Source of the DNA: an uncultured Nitrososphaerales archaeon
GTDB lineage: Archaea; Thermoproteota; Nitrososphaeria; Nitrososphaerales; Nitrososphaeraceae
Reading direction: 5' to 3'
Length of the DNA: 64,000 bases
Assembly (NCBI GenBank): GCA_963713605.1
Contig: CAVQMO010000005.1
Location: forward strand, 278,271-342,270
In this document: one piece after another, positions 47,425-57,884 of the stretch
Layout of the letters: every line of letters starts with the position of its first letter
How positions within the stretch are numbered: position 1 is the stretch's first letter
The notes under the pieces: generated by a model
The model's input: the letters and a program-made list of their open reading frames with translations, nothing else
Told to the model about the DNA's origin: nothing
Databases searched by the model: none
Made by a program: the position numbers and the translations under genes

Positions 47425-47923
47425 TGGCAATATGTATCCCTTGGAGCCCTATTTTCTCCAACAGAACAGACGAGGTACAATTTTGCATTACGCGACTACT
47501 TCAGAGGTGCCATGCCTATAGGTCATACGTATTTGGGAGACATCATATCTTCTACAGACTCCGGCCTCAAACAAGTCTGTTATAGCGGTTCCAGTGCATT
47601 CTGAAAGCGATGACAATAGTATTGAAGGTATCTGGGTTGGATCTATTGACTTGGGCCTCCTTAATCGGGAGCTTCAGTCACTCAACTTATCAGATACCCA
47701 AAGGATTGTGTACGTTGATTCGAATGGTACGAAAATAGCTGATCCTGACAAGGATTTGGTTTCGACAACTAATGAGACCTTTTCAAGTCTGAAGAGCTTT
47801 CAAAATGTCCTAACCAGCAAATCTGGATCAATGACGGATGAGGTGAACCAATAAACGATGGTTGTGTAATACCATCCAGTAGAAGCTCTTCGAAAAATGT
47901 GGACTGTTCTTTGGATGCAATAA
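47425..47923 (+). pseudogene. Cache-domain protein remnant
   Basis: NFALRDYFRGA, YLGDII, IAVPV, WVGSIDL, RIVYVDSNGTKIAD, W.VLWMQ segments with frameshifts and in-frame TAA stops. Confidence 0.6.
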
Positions 47924-48351
47924 TGGATTAGTTGAAGCCACTTTGAGTACTCAACAAAGCCTGTATGCCAGTATTCGTCAAGATGCCTTTGCCTCTACCA
48001 AGGTCATAGTTTCCCAGCTATGCCTGACCTGCTGTCCTTGCTTTAGTTCCACGGAGTCTCAACTTGATCTATAAAGGATTCTGATTCCAACCAATATTGC
48101 AAAACTTTCATCTTCGATCAGACAAACAATACCGTATGCGATACAGTATTAGCCCCGAAATATATTTGGCACTGCAGTGCGTGAGGCTTCTCAACTATTA
48201 TTTTCATTGTAGTTATCGTTATCCGCTAATTCACAATTTACATTCTCGTCATAGACTGCTCCTATGTCTTCTGAGTCATCTTTCATCGGAAGATATCTTT
48301 AGAGGTTAGACAGAAAGATTTATCTAAAACGATCTTCAGTAAAATAGACAC

Positions 48352-48630
48352 ATGAATAGTTCTAAAGATAAGAATAGAGTAGCGACGGCAATTATTATTG
48401 GAGTATTTGGTAGTATGGCCTTAAGCCTCTATGGTACTATTCAACAACAGGCTTTTGCAGCAACCGCTGAAGAAATAGAACAAAAGTATCTACAAGATGC
48501 ACGCAAAGCGTTACAAAGTGGTAATACCACAGGTGCAATAAGTGATATTCTGGCCATATTAGAATGGGAGTTTAATGAGGTTCGTCCAAAAGTAGCATCA
48601 TTATTAGGTAATGTTACTGCAAGCGGATGA
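48352..48630 (+). CDS. Small secreted helical protein
   Basis: 92 aa, signal peptide ending AFA. Confidence 0.6.
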   Translation: MNSSKDKNRVATAIIIGVFGSMALSLYGTIQQQAFAATAEEIEQKYLQDARKALQSGNTTGAISDILAILEWEFNEVRPKVASLLGNVTASG

Positions 48631-48981
48631 TTACTAGATAGTTACAGTTGCTGTGAAAATTCATAGGATGAATATCGGCAGAGTCCAAAAAGGCTAGGTA
48701 GACCATTTTATAGGCCGCCTGCTGGTTTTATTTCAATGTTGCAGATACCGCCTAGATTAATATTCGCATGTGCCAGAAGTGACCCGCCACCACTGAATGA
48801 ATTATTTTGGTGCCATATTGAATTGGCTCCTAAGGTTTTCTAACACAGAGGGATGAAGGACAAGACATACATTTCATTATTGATGTCAGTTTTGTCCAAA
48901 AACATGATATTTTTCCTTACACATAATCAAAAACCCAAAAATATCGGAATGATACACTTGGTGAACAACTTGTAGGACTTC

Positions 48982-50202
48982 CTAGCTCGTTGATTCTTCA
49001 CCTGTAAACGGGATAGCCGAGACGAGAAGGAAATCCAAAGTATCCTGTGAATTCGGTGTCTGGCCTGCATCTGCACCAGATAACATACTACCACTTAACT
49101 CCATGGTTACCGACTGTGGGGCTGACCAGTCTGGATTGACCAAGTTGGTACTCCCAATCTGCAGTTCTGAAAGGAAATCAAATGGATTGACGTCGCCGCC
49201 ATTCATTGTTTCACTATTCCCTACAAACGGGGGAATCATTCCTCCTCCAAAAGGAATATTATTATCAGCAATGTTGCCATTAAGGAGGCTCGAATCTTGT
49301 TGGTTTGAGCTCAAGACTCCCAGCGAGATAAGGTTTTGTAAGTTAAATGGAATTCTCATTGCTACTACAGTAACTGATCTCGAGTTATTATCGGCAATGG
49401 ATGCACTTGAATCAGCGCTTAAATTGACTGTGACTTTATCATCGGTCTGATTTTTATTATCTATGATACTTATTCCGGAAATCTTAATCCCATCAACTAG
49501 ACTGGTTCCTACGCCTCCAAAGATAGAAGTCCCATTAAATATGCTGTTCGTAAAACTGTCCATAAACAGCTGGAGACTCTGAATATCTTCGTTACCGCTA
49601 TTATTGTCAAAGTCGAAATTCGTAGTCGACTCAGATTGGTTTGGTACTGATTCATCCAAGCTAAAGGAGCTCATCATATTTTCAACTACAGGATTCAATT
49701 GGTCGTACAATGATGGGGAAGTGACAAATGATGTGAAATACACAGTATTTGTGTTTTCGTCAATAAAGCCTCTTTCTATTGATTTTCCTTCCAAACCATC
49801 GTAATCATTGGTAAAAACTAATTCGTAACCGGGGTGTCCAGCAAGTGTAATATCTGTACTTGCGGATTTTAGACTAAAGTTTTCGTAACTTGCTCGGTAG
49901 TTATTAATTGTGTTTCTAACGTAGGCGTCGAGAGAGAGAGGATTTTCAAGGTATTCTATTCCTACTTGAAAATTAGTCATCATACTGGGATCAACTGATT
50001 CCGGTGGCGCGAAGTCGGCTACTGAAAATATCGTAGCATTAGATGGTATTTCAGACTCGGAATAACTCCAATCGGAAGGATACTGAATTCTCAATCCATA
50101 TTCGGGGTTTGTATACAAGCTTAATTGAGACTCTGCCTGTGCTCTAATCTCTTGTACAGAGAAAATTGAAACCAGAGATAAGCCCCAACTGACAACCAAC
50201 AC
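48982..50202 (-). CDS. PsbP-like domain surface protein
   Basis: YTNPEYGLRIQYPSDW...TLAGHPGY...MMSSF; signal peptide. Confidence 0.75.
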   Translation of the reverse strand: MLVVSWGLSLVSIFSVQEIRAQAESQLSLYTNPEYGLRIQYPSDWSYSESEIPSNATIFSVADFAPPESVDPSMMTNFQVGIEYLENPLSLDAYVRNTINNYRASYENFSLKSASTDITLAGHPGYELVFTNDYDGLEGKSIERGFIDENTNTVYFTSFVTSPSLYDQLNPVVENMMSSFSLDESVPNQSESTTNFDFDNNSGNEDIQSLQLFMDSFTNSIFNGTSIFGGVGTSLVDGIKISGISIIDNKNQTDDKVTVNLSADSSASIADNNSRSVTVVAMRIPFNLQNLISLGVLSSNQQDSSLLNGNIADNNIPFGGGMIPPFVGNSETMNGGDVNPFDFLSELQIGSTNLVNPDWSAPQSVTMELSGSMLSGADAGQTPNSQDTLDFLLVSAIPFTGEESTS

Positions 50203-50549
50203 TAAGAGAAATATTTGAGTAACGTTGTAGAGAAATCTTCATCTTTATTTTTTTCGCATCCTGAATATGGGGGTGGTAGAATAAAAAGTACATTATTGTA
50301 TTCTGTATTGGCATAGCTGAGCTGTGTTTTAATGGTAATGGTAATGGTAATGGGATCTTAGTTGGCTCAACGACGTCTTTGCCATCACTGCATCTAAACT
50401 CAGAATATCAAGGGGAGTCATGATTCAGTGGAGCAGATAATCTTCACTACTCCATCCATTGACGCAATAATGGAAAATACCAGTGTGACCAACGTCAATG
50501 CATCCTGATTTTGAAACTCTTTTAATAGTACAAGGGTATAGGCTTCAAC

Positions 50550-51485
50550 ATGAAGGTCGGGCTGTTCCTACCACAAGTCGGTGAGAATGCTACTAGAGAG
50601 AATATTCTTTACGTTGCTAAGGAAGCAGAAAAAGAAGGCATTGATTCTCTCTGGGTACTCGATCGTTTATTGTGGCCAATTAATCCAAAGACACCATATG
50701 TGGCTACTCCTGATGGTTCTCTACCTGTGGAGTATCAAAACGTACCTGACCCATTGACGACATTGACGTATGTTGCTGGACTTACCGAACGAATTTCTTT
50801 AGGCACGTCCATAATAGATATGTTATTTCAAAGCCCAGTGGTACTAGGAAAGAGATTTGCTGCACTTGATGTATTTTCCAATGGGAGAGCTATTGCTGGA
50901 TTGGGTATAGGTTGGTCGAAGGATGAATACGAAGTCTCAGGCGTACCTTACAAAGATAGAGGGGCAAGGGCAGACGAATATCTCCAAGCGTTAAGAAAGA
51001 TATGGACTGATGATGTTGTAGAATTTAAAGGTCAATTTTACACTATACCTGCCTCGAAGATAGGGCCTAAGCCTTTGCAAAAACCACATCCGCCGATACT
51101 ACTAGGTGGATTCAGTCCAAAGACGTTTTCGCGTATAGTAAACTATGCAAATGGATGGATAGGAATTGCTGGTTTTGGTCCTCTGGAACAGTTGGCACAG
51201 GTGATAAACGGCTTAAGAGAAGTTGCAAGAAAGGCCGATAAGGACCCTTCTAAGGTCAGTATCTATATTGGTTCATACCCAAATGTAGATGTAAAAACTT
51301 CTCCTTCCTCCAATCAATCAAGAGTCCCAATGACAGGTACCATCGAACAAATAGGAAACGACATTGAACAGATTAAGGCGATGGGCACGGATCATATTAT
51401 CTTTGGTCACATATTCTCTTCTATAGGAAAGGATATGAGTGAAATGATTGAAATAACAAAGCAGCTTGCTAGATTTGCCAAATAA
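50550..51485 (+). CDS. LLM-class, probably F420-dependent, oxidoreductase
   Basis: MKVGLFLPQ, DSLWVLDR, DPLTTL, LDVFSNGR, PKPLQKPHPPILLGG. Confidence 0.9.
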   Translation: MKVGLFLPQVGENATRENILYVAKEAEKEGIDSLWVLDRLLWPINPKTPYVATPDGSLPVEYQNVPDPLTTLTYVAGLTERISLGTSIIDMLFQSPVVLGKRFAALDVFSNGRAIAGLGIGWSKDEYEVSGVPYKDRGARADEYLQALRKIWTDDVVEFKGQFYTIPASKIGPKPLQKPHPPILLGGFSPKTFSRIVNYANGWIGIAGFGPLEQLAQVINGLREVARKADKDPSKVSIYIGSYPNVDVKTSPSSNQSRVPMTGTIEQIGNDIEQIKAMGTDHIIFGHIFSSIGKDMSEMIEITKQLARFAK

Positions 51486-51964
51486 GATTATGTTCGCTTG
51501 TATAAGGTAGAGAAACTAGCCGTTAATAAACGTCAAGCAGCAGGAACAGGAACAGGAACAGTAACAACAACAACAGCATACCACGAATCTGCAACGCATT
51601 TAATTGCATGTACTCCAGTCAAACCTGAGTAGTATATCAAGTGTTTAGCCCATTACCAGGAGGTCTGAACACAGACTCATCTTAACTTAGTGTGGATTCA
51701 ATAAAAATTTTTGCCCGCATTTGTCAGAGGAGTAGTGAATATCGTGTCAAGAAACGAGATTCCACTTTTAGAACCTGTACACAAAATTAGAGGATCGTCA
51801 GTTTCAAGTTACCTAGAGATACAAAAATTATGGAATATCGTCTATTAACATGACGCCACAGTGATTTGTTTGTTCATGGCATTTTGTAATGATAGTTGGA
51901 TATGAATCTGATTCGATCTTATCATTCAATTTAGCGATTCTAAATTACTATGAAAATGGAGTCC

Positions 51965-52225
51965 CTAATTTGTGCCTGAATCTCCATCTTCACCATTTGG
52001 AGTTGTTGCCACTGCAACATTATTTTCATCACCTTGGATTTGCGAGTTAAAGTTTGAGCATATTACGTTAATTGGAAACCAATAATTCCCACATACATTA
52101 ATTTGTGATACGACCTGACTCTTTTCATAACCCCCTGCAAATACGGGATGTGAGTGTGAAATGAGTGATATACTGACTAATAATGTCATAGTTACTCCAA
52201 ATCCAGCTATCGCTGCGTATTTCAT
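51965..52225 (-). CDS. Small secreted Q/N-rich C-x10-C protein 1
   Basis: Signal peptide + YEKSQVVSQINVCGNYWFPINVICSNFNSQIQGDENNVA. Confidence 0.75.
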   Translation of the reverse strand: MKYAAIAGFGVTMTLLVSISLISHSHPVFAGGYEKSQVVSQINVCGNYWFPINVICSNFNSQIQGDENNVAVATTPNGEDGDSGTN

Positions 52226-52395
52226 GCTGTATCAATTCATCTTATGCCGCTTGATTCTATGTCAGTTAGGAAAAAACAATGGCATACAAATGTCACACAT
52301 TTGTTATGGCATATCTTTTGTTTTTTATGTTAATTAGTTAAAATCCTGCATTCGTTAGCTAAACAAAAAAAGAGGAAGTGGGTTAACGTATTGTC

Positions 52396-52644
52396 TTAGG
52401 GAACTACGCCTTGGGCACCGGCTGGTGCTACAGCGTTCTCATCGCCTTGAACTTGTGAGGCAATGTTTTGACAGAAGACATTCAATGGTAATTCACCATT
52501 TCCACATGCATTAGCTTGTGAGACTACCTGGTTTTTCTCGTAGCGTTTTTTCCCGTCTGCAAATGCGCTGTCTGCTGTAAAAGCTGTTGCCCCGATGAGC
52601 ATTACTGCCATCGCTGCTATAACTACCATATATTTGGTGTTCAT
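52396..52644 (-). CDS. Small secreted Q/N-rich C-x10-C protein 2 (start at ATG 52644)
   Basis: Signal peptide + YEKNQVVSQANACGNGELPLNVFCQNIASQVQGDENAVA. Confidence 0.8.
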   Translation of the reverse strand: MNTKYMVVIAAMAVMLIGATAFTADSAFADGKKRYEKNQVVSQANACGNGELPLNVFCQNIASQVQGDENAVAPAGAQGVVP

Positions 52645-52668
52645 ACTGGTAGTAGAACGAGAGTTTAG

Positions 52669-52725
52669 TTTATTTGCATTAGGCAAATAAAAACACTGGA
52701 ATAAATCTGATATTTTTTCTATTAG
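52669..52725 (-). promoter_or_regulatory. Conserved promoter of protein 2: palindrome TTTATTTGC-ATTAG-GCAAATAAA plus 24-bp block TAAATCTGATATTTTTTCTATTAG
   Basis: Both elements recur upstream of protein 3; the palindrome lies about 25-45 bp from the ATG, where TATA/BRE are expected. Confidence 0.65.
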
Positions 52726-52830
52726 AACGAAAAGAGGTTACGGTGTAGTAAGCTTAATAGTAATAGAATACAAAACTACATAATTGCAGGCTCATAACTA
52801 AAAAAAATAAAATAGTTTGCTAGATTATTT

Positions 52831-53100
52831 TTATTTTACAGGTTTTGGTTCTGGATCGTTGTTTTGGATTGATGGGAATGTTTGGTCTGCTGCTAGAGCA
52901 ACGCCATTTTCATCGCCTTGGACTTGTGAACCAACATTTTGACATCCGACATTAAACGGTAGTTCGCCATTTCCACATTCATTGACTTGTGAGATAGCCT
53001 GACTCTTTTCGTAGGCAAGAGCGGTATCTGCTGTTATTGCTGTTGTTCCCACTAATGTTGCTGCTATTATCGCGAACATTGCGATATATTTGAAGATCAT
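52831..53100 (-). CDS. Small secreted Q/N-rich C-x10-C protein 3
   Basis: Signal peptide + YEKSQAISQVNECGNGELPFNVGCQNVGSQVQGDENGVA. Confidence 0.8.
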   Translation of the reverse strand: MIFKYIAMFAIIAATLVGTTAITADTALAYEKSQAISQVNECGNGELPFNVGCQNVGSQVQGDENGVALAADQTFPSIQNNDPEPKPVK

Positions 53101-53129
53101 GTTTCTGGAACGAGCTGAGCTTTTCGTTT

Positions 53130-53183
53130 ATCTGCATTAGGCAGATTCAGACGCTCTCTTAAATCTGATATTTTTTCTATTAG
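53130..53183 (-). promoter_or_regulatory. Conserved promoter of protein 3: palindrome ATCTGC-ATTAG-GCAGAT plus the identical 24-bp block
   Basis: Symmetric substitutions relative to 52669-52691; block 53160-53183 identical to 52702-52725. Confidence 0.65.
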
Positions 53184-53460
53184 ACCTGATGAAGATGATA
53201 ATATGAATACTAATATTTTGCCTGTCTAAACAGGTTCCAAGAGATACGAAATATTGGTTAGCTGATCATATTTTTTCTAGTGAATAGTACATAATATAAT
53301 TCAATTCAATTACCTTATCCGTGTCATTTATTTTGAATTTGTACACTAGTCCATAAGTCTTATAGACGGGGAACAGTTGATGCCCGAGATATCCTAGCCT
53401 GTAGTCTCCTAGTAGAATTTATCACACCGCTAATATAGGTAATTTTACTACGTATTTCTG

Positions 53461-53712
53461 ATGTCCCAAACATTCGAAGATTGTGTAAGTTCATTTTGTA
53501 TTTGCTGTAAAGATATTGGGCTAGACTGTAATTGCATTATGTATGGGAATAGTGGCGAGAAAGTCGTCGATACGACGATCACACACATGTTTGAATATCA
53601 TGCCATTAATCCGGATGAAATGACAGCGTGTATGAAATTTAAGATAAAAGAGAATATACATATACATTCTCATAGTGATTGTCTGTCAAGACCAAATTGT
53701 ACTATCTGTTAG
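53461..53712 (+). CDS. DUF1059-like small metal-binding protein
   Basis: CKDIGLDC...G..E.VV...HMFEYH pattern. Confidence 0.65.
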   Translation: MSQTFEDCVSSFCICCKDIGLDCNCIMYGNSGEKVVDTTITHMFEYHAINPDEMTACMKFKIKENIHIHSHSDCLSRPNCTIC

Positions 53713-54086
53713 AAAGTTTCATCCACGCTAGATCCTGCACCACATCTCAGTACAACCCATCTATCACTAGCAATTTCACTTACACTACTAATGTCTTCAT
53801 ATACGATGGCCTTTCCCTATTCTAATAGAAGTTGATTTACCGATGTCGAGCTGCCATTGCAATACACTACTCCAATTAATCTATCGTAACTTATCTCTTT
53901 CTGACCAACATCTTCATCTACTAATGCACTGCCTCCCATCGGACAAACAGATTCTGTGACTGCAGTTGCTTCATTAGATCCAGCTTCCCCCAATTCGGGA
54001 GTCTGTACCATTAACTAATACGTACTTTATTGACGTCGGTATAGGTAATTCCAATGCCGTTGAATTACCGGAGATGATTCTATATA

Positions 54087-54594
54087 TTAGCCTTCTGACT
54101 CTTCATTATTGTCGTCAACATTAGTCTTCTTCTGACTCCTCACTATTGTCGTCAACATTAGCTTCTTCTCCAGATGATCCTTGTTTTTGTTCCTCTATTT
54201 GAGACTGCTCTGGTTGGAATGCACCTGGTTGCTCCTCTGCTGTTTCTAATTCTTTGGGTACACAGAGACCGGACTGTAAAAGTTGACCTGCTGGACAAGA
54301 TGTTTGGGGTGCTTCTGGAAGGGAAGTTGGAGGACAAACTGGGCTGTTGGGATCGACTTCACATGGATCCCGTTGAGGTTCAACAGGCTTTAGTACACAG
54401 CTGAGTGACGCTTCATCATAGACTTCTGTGTCTGGATCGCAGGTAAGCCAGCCTGGTCCTGCTAATCCTGCTCCTGCTGCTCCACCTCCACTTGGGGAGG
54501 AGAATCCTATGTTTACATTTACGAACAGAGTGCTCAGAATGACAAAAAATAATGCTACGGTCACTATTGAAAGCCTGGTACTTATTATTACCAA
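54087..54594 (-). CDS. Secreted Cys/Pro-rich protein with duplicated acidic tail (frameshift near 54125)
   Basis: Signal peptide; three two-Cys motifs; ANVDDN.EESE repeated twice, with the second copy out of frame by one base. Confidence 0.6.
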
Positions 54595-54764
54595 TATCAG
54601 GATACCATGACATCAAGTATAAAAACTTTTGACATTGTGGAATGTGTAGTCATAATTATCTCTTTTGAGTTGCGATAAAAAAGATCTTGGATTGATCCAA
54701 TTCGATTCGATTCAAAAAAATGAAAAAGAGAGGGGAGCAGTGGTGTAAACATTAAGTGCAATAC

Positions 54765-55512
54765 TTATTTTAAATAGCCATAGCTGACCAGTTTCAATTC
54801 ATTATCTATCACCTGTCCGATTCCATGAGCGTGCAGATTGTACTCCTGGATTCCTGGCTCGAGATCACTTGTTTCTATCATCTTTATGACATCTCTGAAG
54901 CTTCCTGCGGGAACACTTACCGTTTGATTAATACTTACTATTTCTGCTTTATCTAAAGCAACGTCTGAAGCTAATTTCTTGATAATATCTCGAACCAAGT
55001 AAGATAGTTCCAGGCATTATTAAACCAGCTCTTGCGTTATCAGAACCATGCAACCACGAACCTGCATGATCAACTAGTTGACCATTTTCATAATTGTTAA
55101 CATCTTCTCCGAAATAAAATACAGTATTTGTCCTATCGCATATGGCGTAGTAATCCTTGGTCATTTCTTTTAGGTCATTAGTCTCGCTGTTAACAGTTCT
55201 TTCTTCAACAACTCTTGTGACTATCCCATCTCCGACAATTTTGGTCTCATTGCTTACCGTCACAGTTACATTAACGGGCTCGCCATCTGCTGTTCCTGCG
55301 AATACAAGCTGATAACCGGGTTGTAGAATTAAGTATGGATTGGTACCCGTGGTGGAGAAATTACAATCCCCCATGTTAAACGAGGTTGTCCATGATTCGT
55401 TCTGTGCGTTGGCCATCGACGAAGTACCAACAATTAGTAATACCGCTGTGGCTACTGCAATTGATATGACTAAGGAGAGTACATTAGATGTTGTATAAGA
55501 TTTTGTTTCCAT
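54765..55512 (-). CDS. Secreted hypothetical beta-rich protein (frameshift near 54980)
   Basis: NPYLILQPG, VFYFGEDV..YENG, GSWLHG..AGLIMPG, then VSVPAGSF...GIGQV. Confidence 0.75.
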
Positions 55513-55550
55513 TGAATTGGGTATGCTGTACCTACAGCTAATAAATAATA

Positions 55551-55747
55551 TGGTACAAGCATCTAAATGAATATGAAGAGTTATGATATTAAATCCCAGA
55601 ATGTTTAGATACTTGTATCATAAACCTATTATACCAATAAAACTGATATCCCGTTTAATTGATATATAAAAACTTTGTGGTACAAGCATCTAATTAAGCG
55701 GTGAATATCATTAGCAAAGTTTACGAAATAATTAGATACTTGTATCA
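55551..55747. promoter_or_regulatory. Four copies of the 16-bp operator TG(G/A)TACAAG(C/T)ATCTAA as two inverted pairs in a divergent promoter
   Basis: Sites 55551-55566 (+), 55605-55620 (-), 55678-55693 (+), 55732-55747 (-); 38-bp spacer within each pair. Confidence 0.8.
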
Positions 55748-55784
55748 ATTTTCTTATTAACATCCACAGCCATTAGGTGTTTTA

Positions 55785-56030
55785 ATGCAAACAAAATATT
55801 CGTTCAGAATAGTGGCGGTCCTGATGTTAGCATCATTGGCAGTAATGTCTATTGGAATCTCCATGAAGGCGTATGCTCAGAATACTACACAAACTACCAA
55901 TGTGACAAACGTGACAGGATTAGCCTCTGGTCCTGTCGAAAGTGATGACGTAGGCGAAGGAGAAGAAGAAGGATCTGGAGAGGATGAAGATGAACCTGGG
56001 GACGTAGACACAAACGATAAGGAAGACTAA
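55785..56030 (+). CDS. Small secreted protein with highly acidic C-terminus
   Basis: Signal peptide ending AYA-Q; DDVGEGEEEGSGEDEDEPGDVDTNDKED. Confidence 0.7.
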   Translation: MQTKYSFRIVAVLMLASLAVMSIGISMKAYAQNTTQTTNVTNVTGLASGPVESDDVGEGEEEGSGEDEDEPGDVDTNDKED

Positions 56031-56484
56031 AACGCCTTACTTCACTCCGAAAGAACACCAATAATTCCCCTCCTTTTTTCTAACTAAAGCAACTTCCTGT
56101 ATGCACGCACTGGTTGTAATTCGAAATGTTGCAAAACATATCTTAATTCGTAAATACCTTATTTATTTAATTGTTAGTCAGGATTTTTGGTGAGTTTGTA
56201 GAAGGTGAAGACCACTGCTCCTCTGTTACCCAATGCATGATTTGACTCATGCTATCCCAGAACTTACCTACTGAAAATGTTTCTACCGACCGATGAGGTT
56301 ATTCATTTTACTGAATCATTAAAGGTATCTCCACCCATAGGATCATCTATGATCTTAGTATGCTAATTAGGAGCATGAGAATCGTCCAATTAGAAGCGTA
56401 ACTTCATCAGTGACATGAACTTATCTATTTGCCGCCCCGCCTAATAAGTTTCTAGAGATCGCTCGATTCGATTTGTTCTTTTAT

Positions 56485-56767
56485 CTATTTATTTTTTTGT
56501 ACTATTGCTAGAAAGAATAAAATTAGAATGGCAAGGGTCATCGAGGATGCTATCACAGACCCATAGCCCGTATCTAATACTTCGAAGGTATCTTCTAATG
56601 ACTCGAATAGTAATTGAACTGCAAATAGGGCGAATGCAGCAGCTGCATATATTATCTTTTTGAAGCCTGTTCTTCTATAAGCTGAAATTGATAACGCCAA
56701 AAGCAGTATTGAGAATATTCCTGTTGCAGACTTGAATGGCACTCTCAATACCGTCAAAAAGCTCCAT
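56485..56767 (-). CDS. Small 3-TM membrane protein downstream of the HTH regulator (frameshift near 56730)
   Basis: ATG 56767 MELFDGIESAIQV then ATGIFSILLLALSISAYRRTG... Confidence 0.7.
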
Positions 56768-56829
56768 TTGGAGTAACAATCCTGAAAACATAATTTGTAA
56801 CATTACCTCTAATCCAATTATTATCAAAC

Positions 56830-57354
56830 TTATTTCTCATCCGCCCTCGAAAGAGAAAGAAAAGTCTCCACCAATCGATTGCTCCATTTGTCCCATATAT
56901 TTGGATAGTAGTTTCGCATTAATATCGTAATATATTTTGAAGAGGATTCTCTATCATGTAATTGGTATCTCTTGTATCTACCCTCCCTTATTTCATCAAT
57001 TAGTTTGTACTGATTCAAACGTTTCAAATACCAACTAGCAGATGCTGCAGATATTCCAACTCTACTGGCTATATCTGTCTGCGTAGGTGCATGTTGTTCG
57101 ATGATGAACATAAGAATTTCACGACTAGTTTCTTGGCCGAGAACTTGGAGGATTTCTTTTTCATTCTCCTGAAAAATCCCAATAGGGAAATAGTGTTTGT
57201 ACAAACCATGCCTAGTAGACACTATCCTTTGCGCTTTACCTAATTTTTCTAGATGGTATTGTGCTGTTCCCATTGAGATCTCCATATTTTCTTTAATCTT
57301 ACGTAGGTGGCAACCTGGATTATTTTGAATGAAATATAATATTCTCTCGGCCAT
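56830..57354 (-). CDS. Tandem winged-helix (ArsR/MarR-like) transcriptional regulator
   Basis: IQNNPGCHLRKI..GTAQYHL and a second HTH TQTDIASRVGIS..SWYLKRL. Confidence 0.85.
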   Translation of the reverse strand: MAERILYFIQNNPGCHLRKIKENMEISMGTAQYHLEKLGKAQRIVSTRHGLYKHYFPIGIFQENEKEILQVLGQETSREILMFIIEQHAPTQTDIASRVGISAASASWYLKRLNQYKLIDEIREGRYKRYQLHDRESSSKYITILMRNYYPNIWDKWSNRLVETFLSLSRADEK

Positions 57355-57469
57355 GTTTTCAGGCTCAGCACCACAAACTAACAGTCATCTGTGGGTAATA
57401 ATAAGAATTTCAAATTTGCCTTTCGATGAATCCAAAATTTTGCCTTCTCGCCGTCTCATAAATGCTTTG

Positions 57470-57485
57470 TGGTACAAGTATCTAA
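57470..57485. promoter_or_regulatory. Fifth operator copy TGGTACAAGTATCTAA upstream of the regulator gene
   Basis: Matches the 55551-55747 consensus; followed on the minus strand by TTTATGA. Confidence 0.75.
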
Positions 57486-57659
57486 TCGATCAAGACAGCA
57501 AGTTTGAAATTTGTTCGAAATACTTAACGAACTGAATGTTCCGGCAATGACCGATAGGTATTCATAAACCTAACCTAAACCTATTCTAGAAGGTTGTCCA
57601 GCATACTCGAACTCATTTCTCAGATTTGCCGAACCTAAACACTATTGGTAGCATTTCTA

Positions 57660-57884
57660 CAAACACTACCATTCTCCTACTCAACGGAGAAAATGATACA
57701 CAGACTCCAGTTCAGGGAGCCGTTATTACTGCAGCAAAAGATTAATCAGTTAAAGCATTGTGAACATCCTCTCATCACCTATCCAAATCTTGGACACGAA
57801 TTTCATCCATCCTCTCAATGGTTTACTCGAGTAGGTCTTATACCTGAGTACGTCCTTGCAGACCTCTATTCTTGGCTTGAATAA
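57660..57884 (+). pseudogene. Alpha/beta-hydrolase C-terminal fragment
   Basis: LLNGENDTQTPV and ITYPNLGH...VLADLYSWLE in two frames; no N-terminal part. Confidence 0.6.

Noticed and set aside
47820..47923. Stop-codon readthrough (Sec/Pyl) in the Cache remnant
   Set aside because: The stops are TAA and are accompanied by frameshifts and a missing 5' end, consistent with ordinary decay
55551..55747. Mini-CRISPR array or MITE ends
   Set aside because: Repeats are only 16 bp and alternate in orientation, with no cas genes or target-site duplications; each abuts a TATA-like box, which fits operators better
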